The notes below the pieces were generated by a model, which was not told the DNA's origin, made no database searches, and saw only the letters and a program-made list of their open reading frames with translations. This document shows positions 55,569 to 64,000 of a stretch of DNA of 64,000 nt, piece by piece. Made by a program: the position numbers and the translations under genes. Source of the DNA: a virus (lineage: Duplodnaviria; Heunggongvirae; Uroviricota; Caudoviricetes); the IMG/VR virus record IMGVR_UViG_3300047159_000064; one strand, given 5' to 3'. How positions within the stretch are numbered: the first letter of the stretch is position 1; each line of letters starts with the position of its first letter.

Positions 55569-57818
55569 CTAAGCTCCCATTCCAGACGATATGTTAGATA
55601 CGTCTAATGCTTTTCCAGGCTCTGTTTTTATGGTAAGAACCGCCGTGCCGTCTTTGAATTCGTGCAGCAGGTCGTATATGGCGACGATGTCTTTGTCTAC
55701 TTGGCTTATAGTCACGTCAGACGATTCGTCTGTCGCGCTGGCCGTCTGCGACTTGGCAGAATCGGTGGTGTCCGACATCGTTTTGTTGGTGACGTCGCTG
55801 CTGTCGGAATTGCCGATGAATGAGCCGGATTCAGATACGGTCGCGCCGCTCGTCGTCGATAAGCCGGCTCCGGTGCCTCTTGTGACCTGCGATATGCTGC
55901 TGTTTATTCCGGCCGCCTTCAAGATACCTGTTCCAGTGATTCCTCCGCCTCCGCCTGCGGCTATCATTTTTGCCATGCTGCTGATTATGCCGCCGGCCAT
56001 TACTCCGCCGCGCATGATATCGGGTACGCTGAATGTCATAGGAAGGCCGTTTCCCATCACCATAGGGACAGAGAAATCAAGGGCGCTGCCTACTGTGTCT
56101 TGCAGCATGCCGCTTATTTTGTACAGCGCGTAAAGGACGGGGCTGCTGGCTATGCCGGACGCCATTGAATATTTGACGTTGTCGAAGGCGTTTGTCATCA
56201 TTTCGCCGATGCTTGTTCTGTTGTACATGCTGCTGGCCATGCTGTTAAGCCTGTCTATGGCAGATGAGTATGTCAGGCCGTTTTTTGATACCGCGTTAGA
56301 TGATTTTGAAAGGTTTACGGCCGCTTTTAAATCAGACGCGGTTACGCCGTAAACACTGGCGAATTGCTGCTGTATTACTTTGCTGCTTCCGGCTTCGTTA
56401 TAGAGCTTGGCCATGTAGTCGACTATGGAGCTCAGCAATTCATTTGTCGTCGTGCTGTCTAATCCGTTATTGAGCAAGTCCGATATGTTCAAGCCTGCTT
56501 GATTCGCCGCCATGATGACCAGGTTGCCTTCTCCGCCTTGGGTTATGGCGTCCAATTGGCCTGCGGCGAGTTTGCCTAATACGTTGCTCAGCCCGTTTAC
56601 GGCCGTGTCTGACATGCCTACCGAGTACATAGAGCCGAGCCATTTCTGAACTTGATACTCGAACGACAGCGCGTTTTCTCCTGACATCAGCGACATGGCC
56701 TCATTGAGGCTGCTTCTTACTTCATTGGCGATATTCTGCATGTACTCTGTCGTTTCGTACATGTTGTTGAGGAACGCGGTTAGCGCGGATTCCATTCCGA
56801 GTCTGCCTGCCGTCGTGTCCTGCTGCTGTATTCTTACCAAGCGAAGCAGCGTTGCGTCAGTCGCGCTGAATGTGTCGGCTATTTTCTTTGATACGGTCTG
56901 CAGCACCGCTCTTTGCTCTACGTCGAAAGAGATGCCTTGCTTTACGAAGTCCGTGACGTTATCGGCGATGTCGCTTTGCTTTATCAAAGGCGAAACGCCG
57001 GCTATGCCGGTTATGTCGCTGCTTATCTTGTTCCAGTAAGAGCCGGAGTAGTCTTTTTGGTTCTTAGATCCCTGCAGCCTGGTGTCTATGGCTGATTTTT
57101 TTCCGGCTATTGTGTCTATCTGCGTTTCTAGTTGCTTAGAGAAATCGCTCAGCGCGGTAGTTAAATTAAGAAGCCCGGCGCCGAGGCTGAATTTAGTGCC
57201 TATGACGTTGCCGTTGCTGTCGAGCGTTCCGGCGGTGAACATGCTCTTGATGGCGCCAGCGCGCTCAGACGGTGTTTTGCCGGCTCCGAAGGCGTTGCTC
57301 GCTAGCTCTTCTTGATACTTTTTGCCGGCTTTTACGGCTTCTTGCCTGACTAGCTTCGCTTCGTTCTTCAGACGAGCGTCTTCTTGCTTTTTCTTATAGG
57401 CTATCTCGTCGTCTATCTGCTTCCTGCGAAGCTTTTCTTCCGCTTTTACTTTCTGCTTCGCCGCCTTGATGTCGACGCTGCTGTTGTTCTTGGCCTCTTT
57501 CGCCAGCGCTTTTCGCTTATCTGCCATTTCTATGGCCAAGGCCTGCTTTTTGGCGGCGCGTTCTTTGTTCAGCAGCGTATTGGCGGCAGCTTCCGCCTTT
57601 TTGGTTATTTCGCGCTCTTGCTGCAGTCTGAGCCTGCCGAGGTTCTGAACGTTGGTCATTCTCAGCTTGTTAAGCTCGTTCTCGTAGCCCTCTTGGTCGG
57701 ACTGCATTCCTTGGATTTGATTCAGCTGCTTCAAAAAGTCCGCGACCGTAGAGCCTTTGTTCTCTCTGTAGCCGTAGTCGTTGCTTTCATTTATGGCAGT
57801 CAGACGCTGTTTCGCCAT
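55569..57818 (-). CDS. tail tape measure protein (749 aa; coiled-coil N-terminal half, Gly-rich C-terminus)
   Basis: Composition and position between the chaperone and baseplate genes. Confidence 0.55.
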   Translation of the reverse strand: MAKQRLTAINESNDYGYRENKGSTVADFLKQLNQIQGMQSDQEGYENELNKLRMTNVQNLGRLRLQQEREITKKAEAAANTLLNKERAAKKQALAIEMADKRKALAKEAKNNSSVDIKAAKQKVKAEEKLRRKQIDDEIAYKKKQEDARLKNEAKLVRQEAVKAGKKYQEELASNAFGAGKTPSERAGAIKSMFTAGTLDSNGNVIGTKFSLGAGLLNLTTALSDFSKQLETQIDTIAGKKSAIDTRLQGSKNQKDYSGSYWNKISSDITGIAGVSPLIKQSDIADNVTDFVKQGISFDVEQRAVLQTVSKKIADTFSATDATLLRLVRIQQQDTTAGRLGMESALTAFLNNMYETTEYMQNIANEVRSSLNEAMSLMSGENALSFEYQVQKWLGSMYSVGMSDTAVNGLSNVLGKLAAGQLDAITQGGEGNLVIMAANQAGLNISDLLNNGLDSTTTNELLSSIVDYMAKLYNEAGSSKVIQQQFASVYGVTASDLKAAVNLSKSSNAVSKNGLTYSSAIDRLNSMASSMYNRTSIGEMMTNAFDNVKYSMASGIASSPVLYALYKISGMLQDTVGSALDFSVPMVMGNGLPMTFSVPDIMRGGVMAGGIISSMAKMIAAGGGGGITGTGILKAAGINSSISQVTRGTGAGLSTTSGATVSESGSFIGNSDSSDVTNKTMSDTTDSAKSQTASATDESSDVTISQVDKDIVAIYDLLHEFKDGTAVLTIKTEPGKALDVSNISSGMGA

Positions 57819-57861
57819 TTTGGCTTCCTCCCGAATCTAAATCCTTTCTTGCGTTTATGTT

Positions 57862-58843
57862 TTATGTATTGTGCTTTTCTTGCTTCTGCTTCATCTCGGC
57901 GATTGCTTTTTCAGTGGCTTGCTGTTTTTCTGTTATGTAGTCTATCAGATAAACGCGTTCTTGCACGCTGAGATCGAGCACGTCGGAGTAGCTGGTGTGA
58001 AGCTGATCGCTTATGAACCAGCACTCCTTGACGATGTCTTTGTAGCGCTTCGGGCCGTAAGGCTTGCCTTCTTTAGATAGTTGTGGGTCGAAAAAACTCT
58101 GATCCGAAGCGAAAAAATGTCTTTACTTCTCTCCCGCACTCAGGGCAGTCAAGTAATAATTCTGCCGATAGGCCGATGCAAGAATTTAGCGCATCGAGGT
58201 TGTTTATGATCTTGGTCATGTCTTTCGCGGGCAGCTTGTTTATGTACGATTCTGCGTTCATCGGATCGAGCTTCTCGCCGTTGACCTCGTCGATTATCTC
58301 TTCCAGCAAGACGAGCAGATCGAATTCGATGTCTGCTTCTCTGTATTTGCGCTTCATCTCTTTAGTCTTGGCCTCGATTTCGTCCAGCATCCTCGGCGTT
58401 TCGAATTTTATTTTGACGCTGTCGCCGGACACCGGAAGCGTGAACGATTGCAGGTCGTCGAATTTCTTTTGATCGAATTCTTTAACTTCGAGCTGCTCTA
58501 GGTCGGCCGTGGTTTCGAATTCTTTTCCGCAGTACGGGCAGGTCAGCGCCATTTTGTATTCTGGGCCGTAGGTGACGATTCTGAGCTTGTGCAGCAGGAA
58601 TTCGTAGTCGCCGAGCGCCATGTCGTATACGTGGATGGCTGGTTTTTCTATCATGCAGCCTTCGATGATGTCCGCCAGGCGCTTGAATTGCGTCGTAGAC
58701 GGAGAAAGGCGCTTCATTTCGTCTCTTGCGGTCATGCTTCTCAGCTCGACGTGAGAGTTTACTTTGTCGCTGTATATCTTGCCGCCTGATGGCAGCTCGT
58801 ATCCTTCTGCGACGGTGTAGTTTGTCTGTTTTGTCTCTTCCAT
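57862..58843 (-). CDS. tail assembly chaperone candidate (256 aa, 58073-58843) with an about 70-codon protein-like +1-frame extension (57862-58072) that lacks its own start: G/GT-like frameshift product
   Basis: The +1 frame after the T6 runs reads ...DPQLSKEGKPYGPKRYKDIVKECWFISDQLHTSYSDVLDLSVQERVYLIDYITEKQQATEKAIAEMKQKQEKHNT then TAA, with no ATG. Confidence 0.4.
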
Positions 58844-58869
58844 TTTGTTTTTTCCTTTTCTTGTTTTAT

Positions 58870-59034
58870 TTAGGCCCTATGGTCTTCGAAGAACTGCTCC
58901 AGTATGCCGCGTATCAGCGCTGATACAGTCATTCCTTGCTCTTTGGCGGCGTCGTTCAGCCTGACTTTTAGCGGCTTAGTCGTTTCGAAAGTCTGCATTA
59001 TCTTGTCGCTTCTGTCTATCTTTCTTCTTCCCAT
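58870..59034 (-). CDS. small DNA-binding-like protein (54 aa from internal Met MGRRKIDRS...; RHH-like)
   Basis: SD AAGGGA before the internal ATG; the late promoter motif lies inside the longer ORF. Confidence 0.35.
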   Translation of the reverse strand: MGRRKIDRSDKIMQTFETTKPLKVRLNDAAKEQGMTVSALIRGILEQFFEDHRA

Positions 59035-59081
59035 GATTGAATCCCTTTCATAATGAGCAAAGTTAGGTTTTCGCCTTCTTA

Positions 59082-59105
59082 CACTATAATTTAGCACATA
59101 AAGGC
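59082..59105 (-). promoter_or_regulatory. late promoter motif copy 4 (minus strand TGTGCTAAATTATAGTG)
   Basis: acactataatttagcacataaagg. Confidence 0.45.
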
Positions 59106-59135
59106 TCAATAGATTTATTAAATTTATTTCTGGCC

Positions 59136-59172
59136 ATAAAAAAAGCGCTTCGTTCAGAAGCGCTTGGTTTTT
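59136..59172. terminator. bidirectional terminator (A7-AGCGCTTC-loop-GAAGCGCT-T5) after the tube gene
   Basis: aaaaaaagcgcttcgttcagaagcgcttggttttt. Confidence 0.6.
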
Positions 59173-59181
59173 ACTGTGCAG

Positions 59182-59802
59182 CTACTGTGCAGCCGTTTCG
59201 TCGAGGCTCATGATGGCGCGATCGTACGAGATGCTTACGGTCAGCTGGCGTTTTGTGCCGCTGTCCTCTTCTTTGTTGAATTCGCTCTCTTCGATGCCCG
59301 TTATGAAGCAGCCTTCCAGCGTCCAATGGCGGATCTGCGTGTAGTCTTGCGTGTACTCGATGAGGGTGCACGTCTTCTTGTAGTCTTTCATGCGTCCGCC
59401 TTTTCTTGTGTGCGGATTGTACGCGAGATACAGCCAAGAATACAGGATTGATTTTGTGTCCAGGCCTACGACGTCGTCTACCGTTATAGAGCCGTCTGCG
59501 AACGTCGGCAGTCCGGCGAAATGGACAACGTCGTTGCCGCGTCTGTATTCGTCTTTGCTGACGGTGAAGTTAGGCACGCTCGATTTTACGACGTTGAGCC
59601 TGATGGCGTCAGACGCGACTTGGCCGTTGTACAAGGTCTTGTCGTCTTCTGTCGCCGTTCCTGAATCCGGATCGAAATCCGGGTGCAGCAGGTTAGTCAG
59701 CTCCTGCGGCGCTACGACGAATACGAAGAACGAGCTTCTGGCCGCTTCGTAATCGCGCAGGTTGGTGCTGATGTGTGTAGTATTTAAGCTTTGGTCAAAC
59801 AT
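59182..59802 (-). CDS. tail tube protein (206 aa)
   Basis: Position immediately downstream of the sheath gene; size. Confidence 0.5.
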   Translation of the reverse strand: MFDQSLNTTHISTNLRDYEAARSSFFVFVVAPQELTNLLHPDFDPDSGTATEDDKTLYNGQVASDAIRLNVVKSSVPNFTVSKDEYRRGNDVVHFAGLPTFADGSITVDDVVGLDTKSILYSWLYLAYNPHTRKGGRMKDYKKTCTLIEYTQDYTQIRHWTLEGCFITGIEESEFNKEEDSGTKRQLTVSISYDRAIMSLDETAAQ

Positions 59803-59815
59803 TGTTTATCTCCTT

Positions 59816-61405
59816 TTATTCAGCCTCTTCTTCATTGGCTGTCATTACGATGCCGGCCAAAGAATCTTCGAGGTAAATGCTGATGTCGAAATCTTCGACT
59901 GCTTCGATAGGCACTATTCTTATCTTGGCGGTGAGCAATGCTTTCTTGTCGTTTATCACGCGGGTCAGCTTGTATCCGCGGATGCCCTGGTCGGCTTTCA
60001 TGGCTTCTAGGGTAGGACGGATCGTGTTGACGAAGTTTATCCAGAGCAGGTCTGAGTTCGGATCGAACGTGAACTGCCTGAGCGCCGTGTAAAGATCCTG
60101 TTTTATCGTGCAGCAGAGCTGTCTGATATTGAGGAAGTGGCTGAACGTCAGCCCAGACGCATTGAGCGGCTCGGCCGTTCTGTTGCCCCACAGATAATAG
60201 CTGTTGTGCTCTTTGAGGATGAGGTTGACGGCTTTGGTCGCGTAGCTGTTTGTAATTCTAGGCGCGAGCGTGTTGATCGCGACTTCGCCGAGGGCGATTG
60301 TCGTGCGATCGATGCTATAGCTCGAAATGCCGCGCGTATAGCCAGCGACGGCGTACCATTCGGCGTATTTTTCGAACGCGTGAGCGGCGCATGCCAGATA
60401 ATGGAATGACGCCGGGAACGTGACGTTGTTGCCGAAATCCGAATCGACGGTCATGTTGTAAACGACCCTCGGTCCGAATATGGCGGTGTATTTATTGCCT
60501 TTGTCTATTTTGCCGATGTTTTTGCTTAATGCGCTTACGATGCTCGCCGTTGTCGTTCCAGACACTCCGGTTTCGTCGATGTCGCACAGGGCGATTATGT
60601 CGCCTCTGCCAGTCGAATTGCCGACTGTTTCGGCGGTCTCGAGCGTAACTTTGTTGTCGAAGTTAGCAAGCTGGGCGATTTGATTCATGACTGCGGCATC
60701 ATAGCAGCCGCCAGACATGACATATCTGAAATTGAATATCGATTTGTCTTTGAGCGGCTCCCAGAAAGAAGCGTCGCTCAGTTGCTGGATTGCGCTCTTC
60801 GCCGGATCTATCGCCTTGAACAGGACGGTGTAGCCTAAGCCGAGGAGGTTGTATGCGATCTGATTGCCGATGTGGTTGTCGCTTACCGCGTCGTTGCCGA
60901 CGGAGTCGAGCACGCAGAAGCTGCCTTGCGCGACGTTAGCGGTCCATGTTATGTCTTTGACGCTGCTTACTTTGATGAATCTGTAAGTGACAGCGTTTGA
61001 GTCAGTTCCTTCTGTCTTCAGCAGCTTTCCGTTTTTGCCGTAGTCAGGATCTGTGCTCGCGACTGTCTCAGGGGTGTATACCTTGTCGGCGTAATCTCCC
61101 AAGAATTGGTCCAGCGTTATCTTATTGGTGAACAGATATTTTGTTATGTCTGTGGCGCTTTCGTTGCCTATTTCTAGGGTCGGCGCCGCGGCATCCATCT
61201 TCTTGCCGGCGTGCTTGCCGATGTAGTTGAGGAATTCTGCCTGAGAGGTCAGTTTGTATACGCCGAATCCGCCGATTTCGATATCGGCAGGATCATAGCC
61301 GTTGGCCGGCGTTCCCATATATCCAGGTACTACTACCGTGAAATTAGAAGACGATAAAATACCGGTTGTTGAATTATCGTACTCTCTTGTGACAATTTTT
61401 GGCAT
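59816..61405 (-). CDS. tail sheath protein (529 aa)
   Basis: Size, Gly/Thr/Ser-rich composition and C-terminal NSYYLWGNRT-type sheath region. Confidence 0.55.
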   Translation of the reverse strand: MPKIVTREYDNSTTGILSSSNFTVVVPGYMGTPANGYDPADIEIGGFGVYKLTSQAEFLNYIGKHAGKKMDAAAPTLEIGNESATDITKYLFTNKITLDQFLGDYADKVYTPETVASTDPDYGKNGKLLKTEGTDSNAVTYRFIKVSSVKDITWTANVAQGSFCVLDSVGNDAVSDNHIGNQIAYNLLGLGYTVLFKAIDPAKSAIQQLSDASFWEPLKDKSIFNFRYVMSGGCYDAAVMNQIAQLANFDNKVTLETAETVGNSTGRGDIIALCDIDETGVSGTTTASIVSALSKNIGKIDKGNKYTAIFGPRVVYNMTVDSDFGNNVTFPASFHYLACAAHAFEKYAEWYAVAGYTRGISSYSIDRTTIALGEVAINTLAPRITNSYATKAVNLILKEHNSYYLWGNRTAEPLNASGLTFSHFLNIRQLCCTIKQDLYTALRQFTFDPNSDLLWINFVNTIRPTLEAMKADQGIRGYKLTRVINDKKALLTAKIRIVPIEAVEDFDISIYLEDSLAGIVMTANEEEAE

Positions 61406-61475
61406 GTCAATTTCTCCTTTGTTGACTTTCTAATAGGGCTTTATTTGAAGATCAGTCGTTTTTCAACTCTTAATC

Positions 61476-61493
61476 AATTAATTTAGCAAATGT
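61476..61493 (-). promoter_or_regulatory. late promoter motif copy 5 (minus strand CATTTGCTAAATTAATTG)
   Basis: caattaatttagcaaatg about 70 nt before the sheath ATG. Confidence 0.4.
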
Positions 61494-61519
61494 TTTTATC
61501 GGAAGTCATTCTGTTGGCA

Positions 61520-62251
61520 TTAGCTCTTTTTGAAGTTAACGCCTATATTATCTGATTCGACTACCGTATCTTCAGGCGTCAGGCCTTCGGCTACTTCGAA
61601 TACGCTGTATTCGTCTTGCGGCAGGAGGTCGGTGTCGGTGATGTAAAGCTTCCAATTGCGCTTGTAAGGCACGTCATACAGGAACGCGTCTTGCAGCTCG
61701 AACTGTATCGTCCAGCGCGAGAATTGCCCAGGGAACAGCCTTTCCGCCGTGTCGCTGGTGTCAGATATCGTGCTCAGTATCCTTATGTTGGCTATCTGCT
61801 CTATGTTGACGCCGTTGTACGGTATCGTTATCTTCAGAGACGGGTTGTTTATCAGCTTGAATAGGTATTGTCTGAGGTACTCTGAGCTTTCTTGCATCGT
61901 TTTCGTGTAAATGTCGAGCTGGTATTGCAGCTTGATGGGTATGGCGTTCATGAATGCCGTGCCGTCCGGCGTCTTGCCTTTTGCGGCCAATGAGACAACG
62001 TCTTCTTTGGTCGGCCAAAGCTTCAAGCCGTTGAACGATTGATGGTTCTTGACGTTGAGCAGCAGCTCTATGTCGTTGTTTCTTGACATGGCTATGAGCG
62101 GCAGCTGTATCGGCTTGTCGTCGGTGTCCATGGCGTGCTGCTCGAAAAGGCGCTTAGTCTCATCGGGCTTGAGTATGCGCAGCTTAGAGTCAGTCGGCAT
62201 CCATTTGGCCAATTTGGCCGCTATGATATCGTCGTAATATTCTACAGCCAT
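61520..62251 (-). CDS. hypothetical structural protein (243 aa; neck/tail-completion by position)
   Basis: ORF track. Confidence 0.4.
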   Translation of the reverse strand: MAVEYYDDIIAAKLAKWMPTDSKLRILKPDETKRLFEQHAMDTDDKPIQLPLIAMSRNNDIELLLNVKNHQSFNGLKLWPTKEDVVSLAAKGKTPDGTAFMNAIPIKLQYQLDIYTKTMQESSEYLRQYLFKLINNPSLKITIPYNGVNIEQIANIRILSTISDTSDTAERLFPGQFSRWTIQFELQDAFLYDVPYKRNWKLYITDTDLLPQDEYSVFEVAEGLTPEDTVVESDNIGVNFKKS

Positions 62252-62276
62252 ATGGCTCCTTTCTAACTGCGCATGA

Positions 62277-62589
62277 ATGCGTCTTTTAGTATGTCGCTGC
62301 CTTTTATTTCGCCGTTGCCGTAGGTTATCAGCGAAGCTAGCTTATCGGCTCGCCTGCTGTCGAACAGCGTTATTACCGTGCCGTCTTTGTCTTGGTATGT
62401 TTTGCAGTGCGCCAGCAAGATACAGGCTTGCCTTTATCAGATCGAGCCCTTCTGTGTCTATCAGATATCTGTTCAGTTTCTCTTCGCCGAGCGTTATGCT
62501 GTGAAGCAGTATCACCGTCTTGGCGTCCAGCTTAACTTTCAGTTTCATGAAGTCGTTGTTGGCCGCGCCGTTGTATTTGACGAACATCA
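62277..62589 (-). pseudogene. hypothetical protein with an apparent frame break near 62400 (MMFVKYNGAANN...LIKASLYLAG then ...AHCKTYQDKDGTVITLFDSRRADKLASLITYGNGEIKGSDILKDAFMRS)
   Basis: Protein-like sequence switches frame at gcaaaaca; the tail of ORF 62342-62926 in the first frame is Arg-rich. Confidence 0.35.
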
Positions 62590-64000
62590 TTATGGCGTCG
62601 GCCTTCCGTTTTTGCCGTCGAAGAAAGCCTTGGCAAGGCCTTTGGCGGCCGTGAAGCTCAGCGTCATGCCGAGCTGCGTCACTTTGTTGTTGAGCTTGTC
62701 CATCATCTTTATGAAGTCGTCGTCGATGACAGGGGCCGCGATTGATCCGTAGGTTTTGCGGATTTCGTCTCCTTGCTTGCCTGGGAATCTCAGAGACAGC
62801 CAGTACAGCGCCGTCGTGGCGTCTTTTTTGTTTGTTATCAGCTTGAGCAGCTCGTCTGATGCCGCGTCGTCCCATGGCATATGCGCTTCTGCCTGCCCTT
62901 CGAATCCGACGCAGGCTATGTATCATCTGTTTATGTCTTCCAGGTCGTTGAGCTTCAACGCCTCAGCAGAATCCGGCAGATCGTCGGCTTTGTTGCCTGC
63001 CGCGTCTAGCTTGCCGTACAAAAAGCCTTCCGTTACCTTGTCTTTAGAGCATTTGTAGATATTATCGGCTATCGTCTTCTTAAGCCCTGTCTCTATGGCT
63101 GGGTTTATGGAGCTTAGCTTTGATTCGGCGCTGTAATATATCGTGCGCTGCCATTTAAGGTAGTCTTTTATGTCGTCGGCGCTTTTTCTGTACAGGTCTT
63201 TGCAGAATATGGGATGCGTTTCTCCTAACGGGCCTTTGCCAGCGATGTCAGCCAGGCTCAGTCCTTCTTCGTTGGCCGTGGCGTCGTGCAGCGCGGTATA
63301 GGCGCTGGCTGAGATATCGAAAGCGATGAGGTACTTTTTCAGGAACCCTATGAACGGATTGGTGTCTTCAGTGAAGCCTAGCACGGTGCATTCTTGCTCG
63401 AACGGCATGCTGATCGCTTTTATTCTGCCTAATGCTTTCGGCCATACGGCGTTGAAATATTCGTCTCAGAATGCGTCCTTGTCTGCAGCGTTTTTGTATT
63501 TTTTGCCTCAATCGGTCGAAGCTATCTGCGCTTTTTCAGCCGCGTCTGCCTCATGCGTGTCGCCGGTGCTCTTGGCGACGCTATGCACTACGGCCGCCCA
63601 TTTCTCGTTGAACTTAGCCAGCTGTCCGTTGAAAGAGCCAGCCAGCGTTTTCGCGTTAGCTGTTTTTGTCGTGATGGCGGTTTTTAGCGCCAGCATTGAT
63701 CTATGAAGCGCATCAAGGTCTTCTTTGAATCCTGATTCTGCGGCGCCGCCTTGGCTTTCTAGCCTGCCGAACGCGCTTTTGTTCTTCGCCGCGTACGCTC
63801 TCGCCAAAGCGGGAACTTCGTTAAGCAGGTTTTTGACGCTTTCGATCGTGCCGTTTTTCTCGCCTTCGCCTACTGTTCCGTTGAATGACGTTTCTTCCAG
63901 CAGATTTTGTATCCTATCGACAGATTCTTTTATTTTTGCGATTGTCTTCTTTGACATATCGTCGCTTTCTATTTGTTTTCTTAAAGCGTCGAAAGCTATG
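62590..64000 (-). CDS. hypothetical structural protein, partial (continues beyond window end), with 3 in-frame TGA codons (about 63508, 63466, 62923); merges ORFs 63508-63957, 62923-63408 and 62590-62880
   Basis: All three ORFs share one frame: ...QIASTD*GKKYKNAADKDAF*DEYFNAVWPKALGRIKAISMPFEQ...LEDINR*YIACVGFEGQAEAHMPWDD...; no stop before 64000. Confidence 0.55.

Overview
This 64 kb window appears to be a contiguous tailed-phage (myovirus-like) genome segment with about 55-60% GC in coding regions and AT-rich intergenic DNA; essentially all genes are on the minus strand (transcribed from 64000 toward 1), except a two-gene plus-strand island at 22553-23550 and the regulatory/repeat region around it. 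Roughly 1-22300 is an early region of about 45 small genes; many carry their own sigma70-type promoter with a highly conserved upstream box (plus-strand TGTAAACGGTTTTCCGAAG, read on the minus strand as CTTCGGAAAACCGTTTACA-N17-TATAAT), at least 16 copies. 24600-36100 holds middle/metabolic genes (nrdH-nrdD-nrdG, a PP-loop ATPase, a CoaB/DFP-like fusion enzyme, an SPFH/flotillin protein, a YopX-like protein). 36800-64000 is a structural module (two S74-chaperone tail fibres, baseplate gp25/W and J-like proteins, a LysM gpX-like protein, tape measure, tail assembly chaperone, tube, sheath) driven by a distinct late-promoter motif (TGCTAAATTATA, 5 copies). The most striking feature is in-frame TGA codons that break at least 9 otherwise contiguous, protein-like genes (SNF2 helicase, a Trp-rich membrane protein, the 1035-aa tail fibre, several baseplate/fibre genes). 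None of these interruptions is TAA or TAG, they cluster in the late region where annotated genes terminate only with TAA/TAG, and the flanking residues favour Trp (including a TGA-TGG pair). This suggests late-gene TGA-to-amino-acid recoding (suppressor-mediated), while early genes still use TGA as a true stop. No suppressor tRNA or release factor was recognised by eye in this window. Further features: an intein with an HNH-like endonuclease inserted after helicase motif II (DEIHK^C...VHN^C) of the SNF2 gene; several apparent +1/-1 frame breaks at homopolymers (sequencing indels or pseudogenes); a palindromic GAAATCTCCCYGATTYCG motif repeated at least 9 times; a candidate origin region with AT-rich tandem iterons, alternating-CG direct repeats and long palindromes; and a candidate G/GT-like +1 frameshift extension of the tail assembly chaperone. 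Hand-derived coordinates may be off by a few nt; ORF-track coordinates were used wherever possible.
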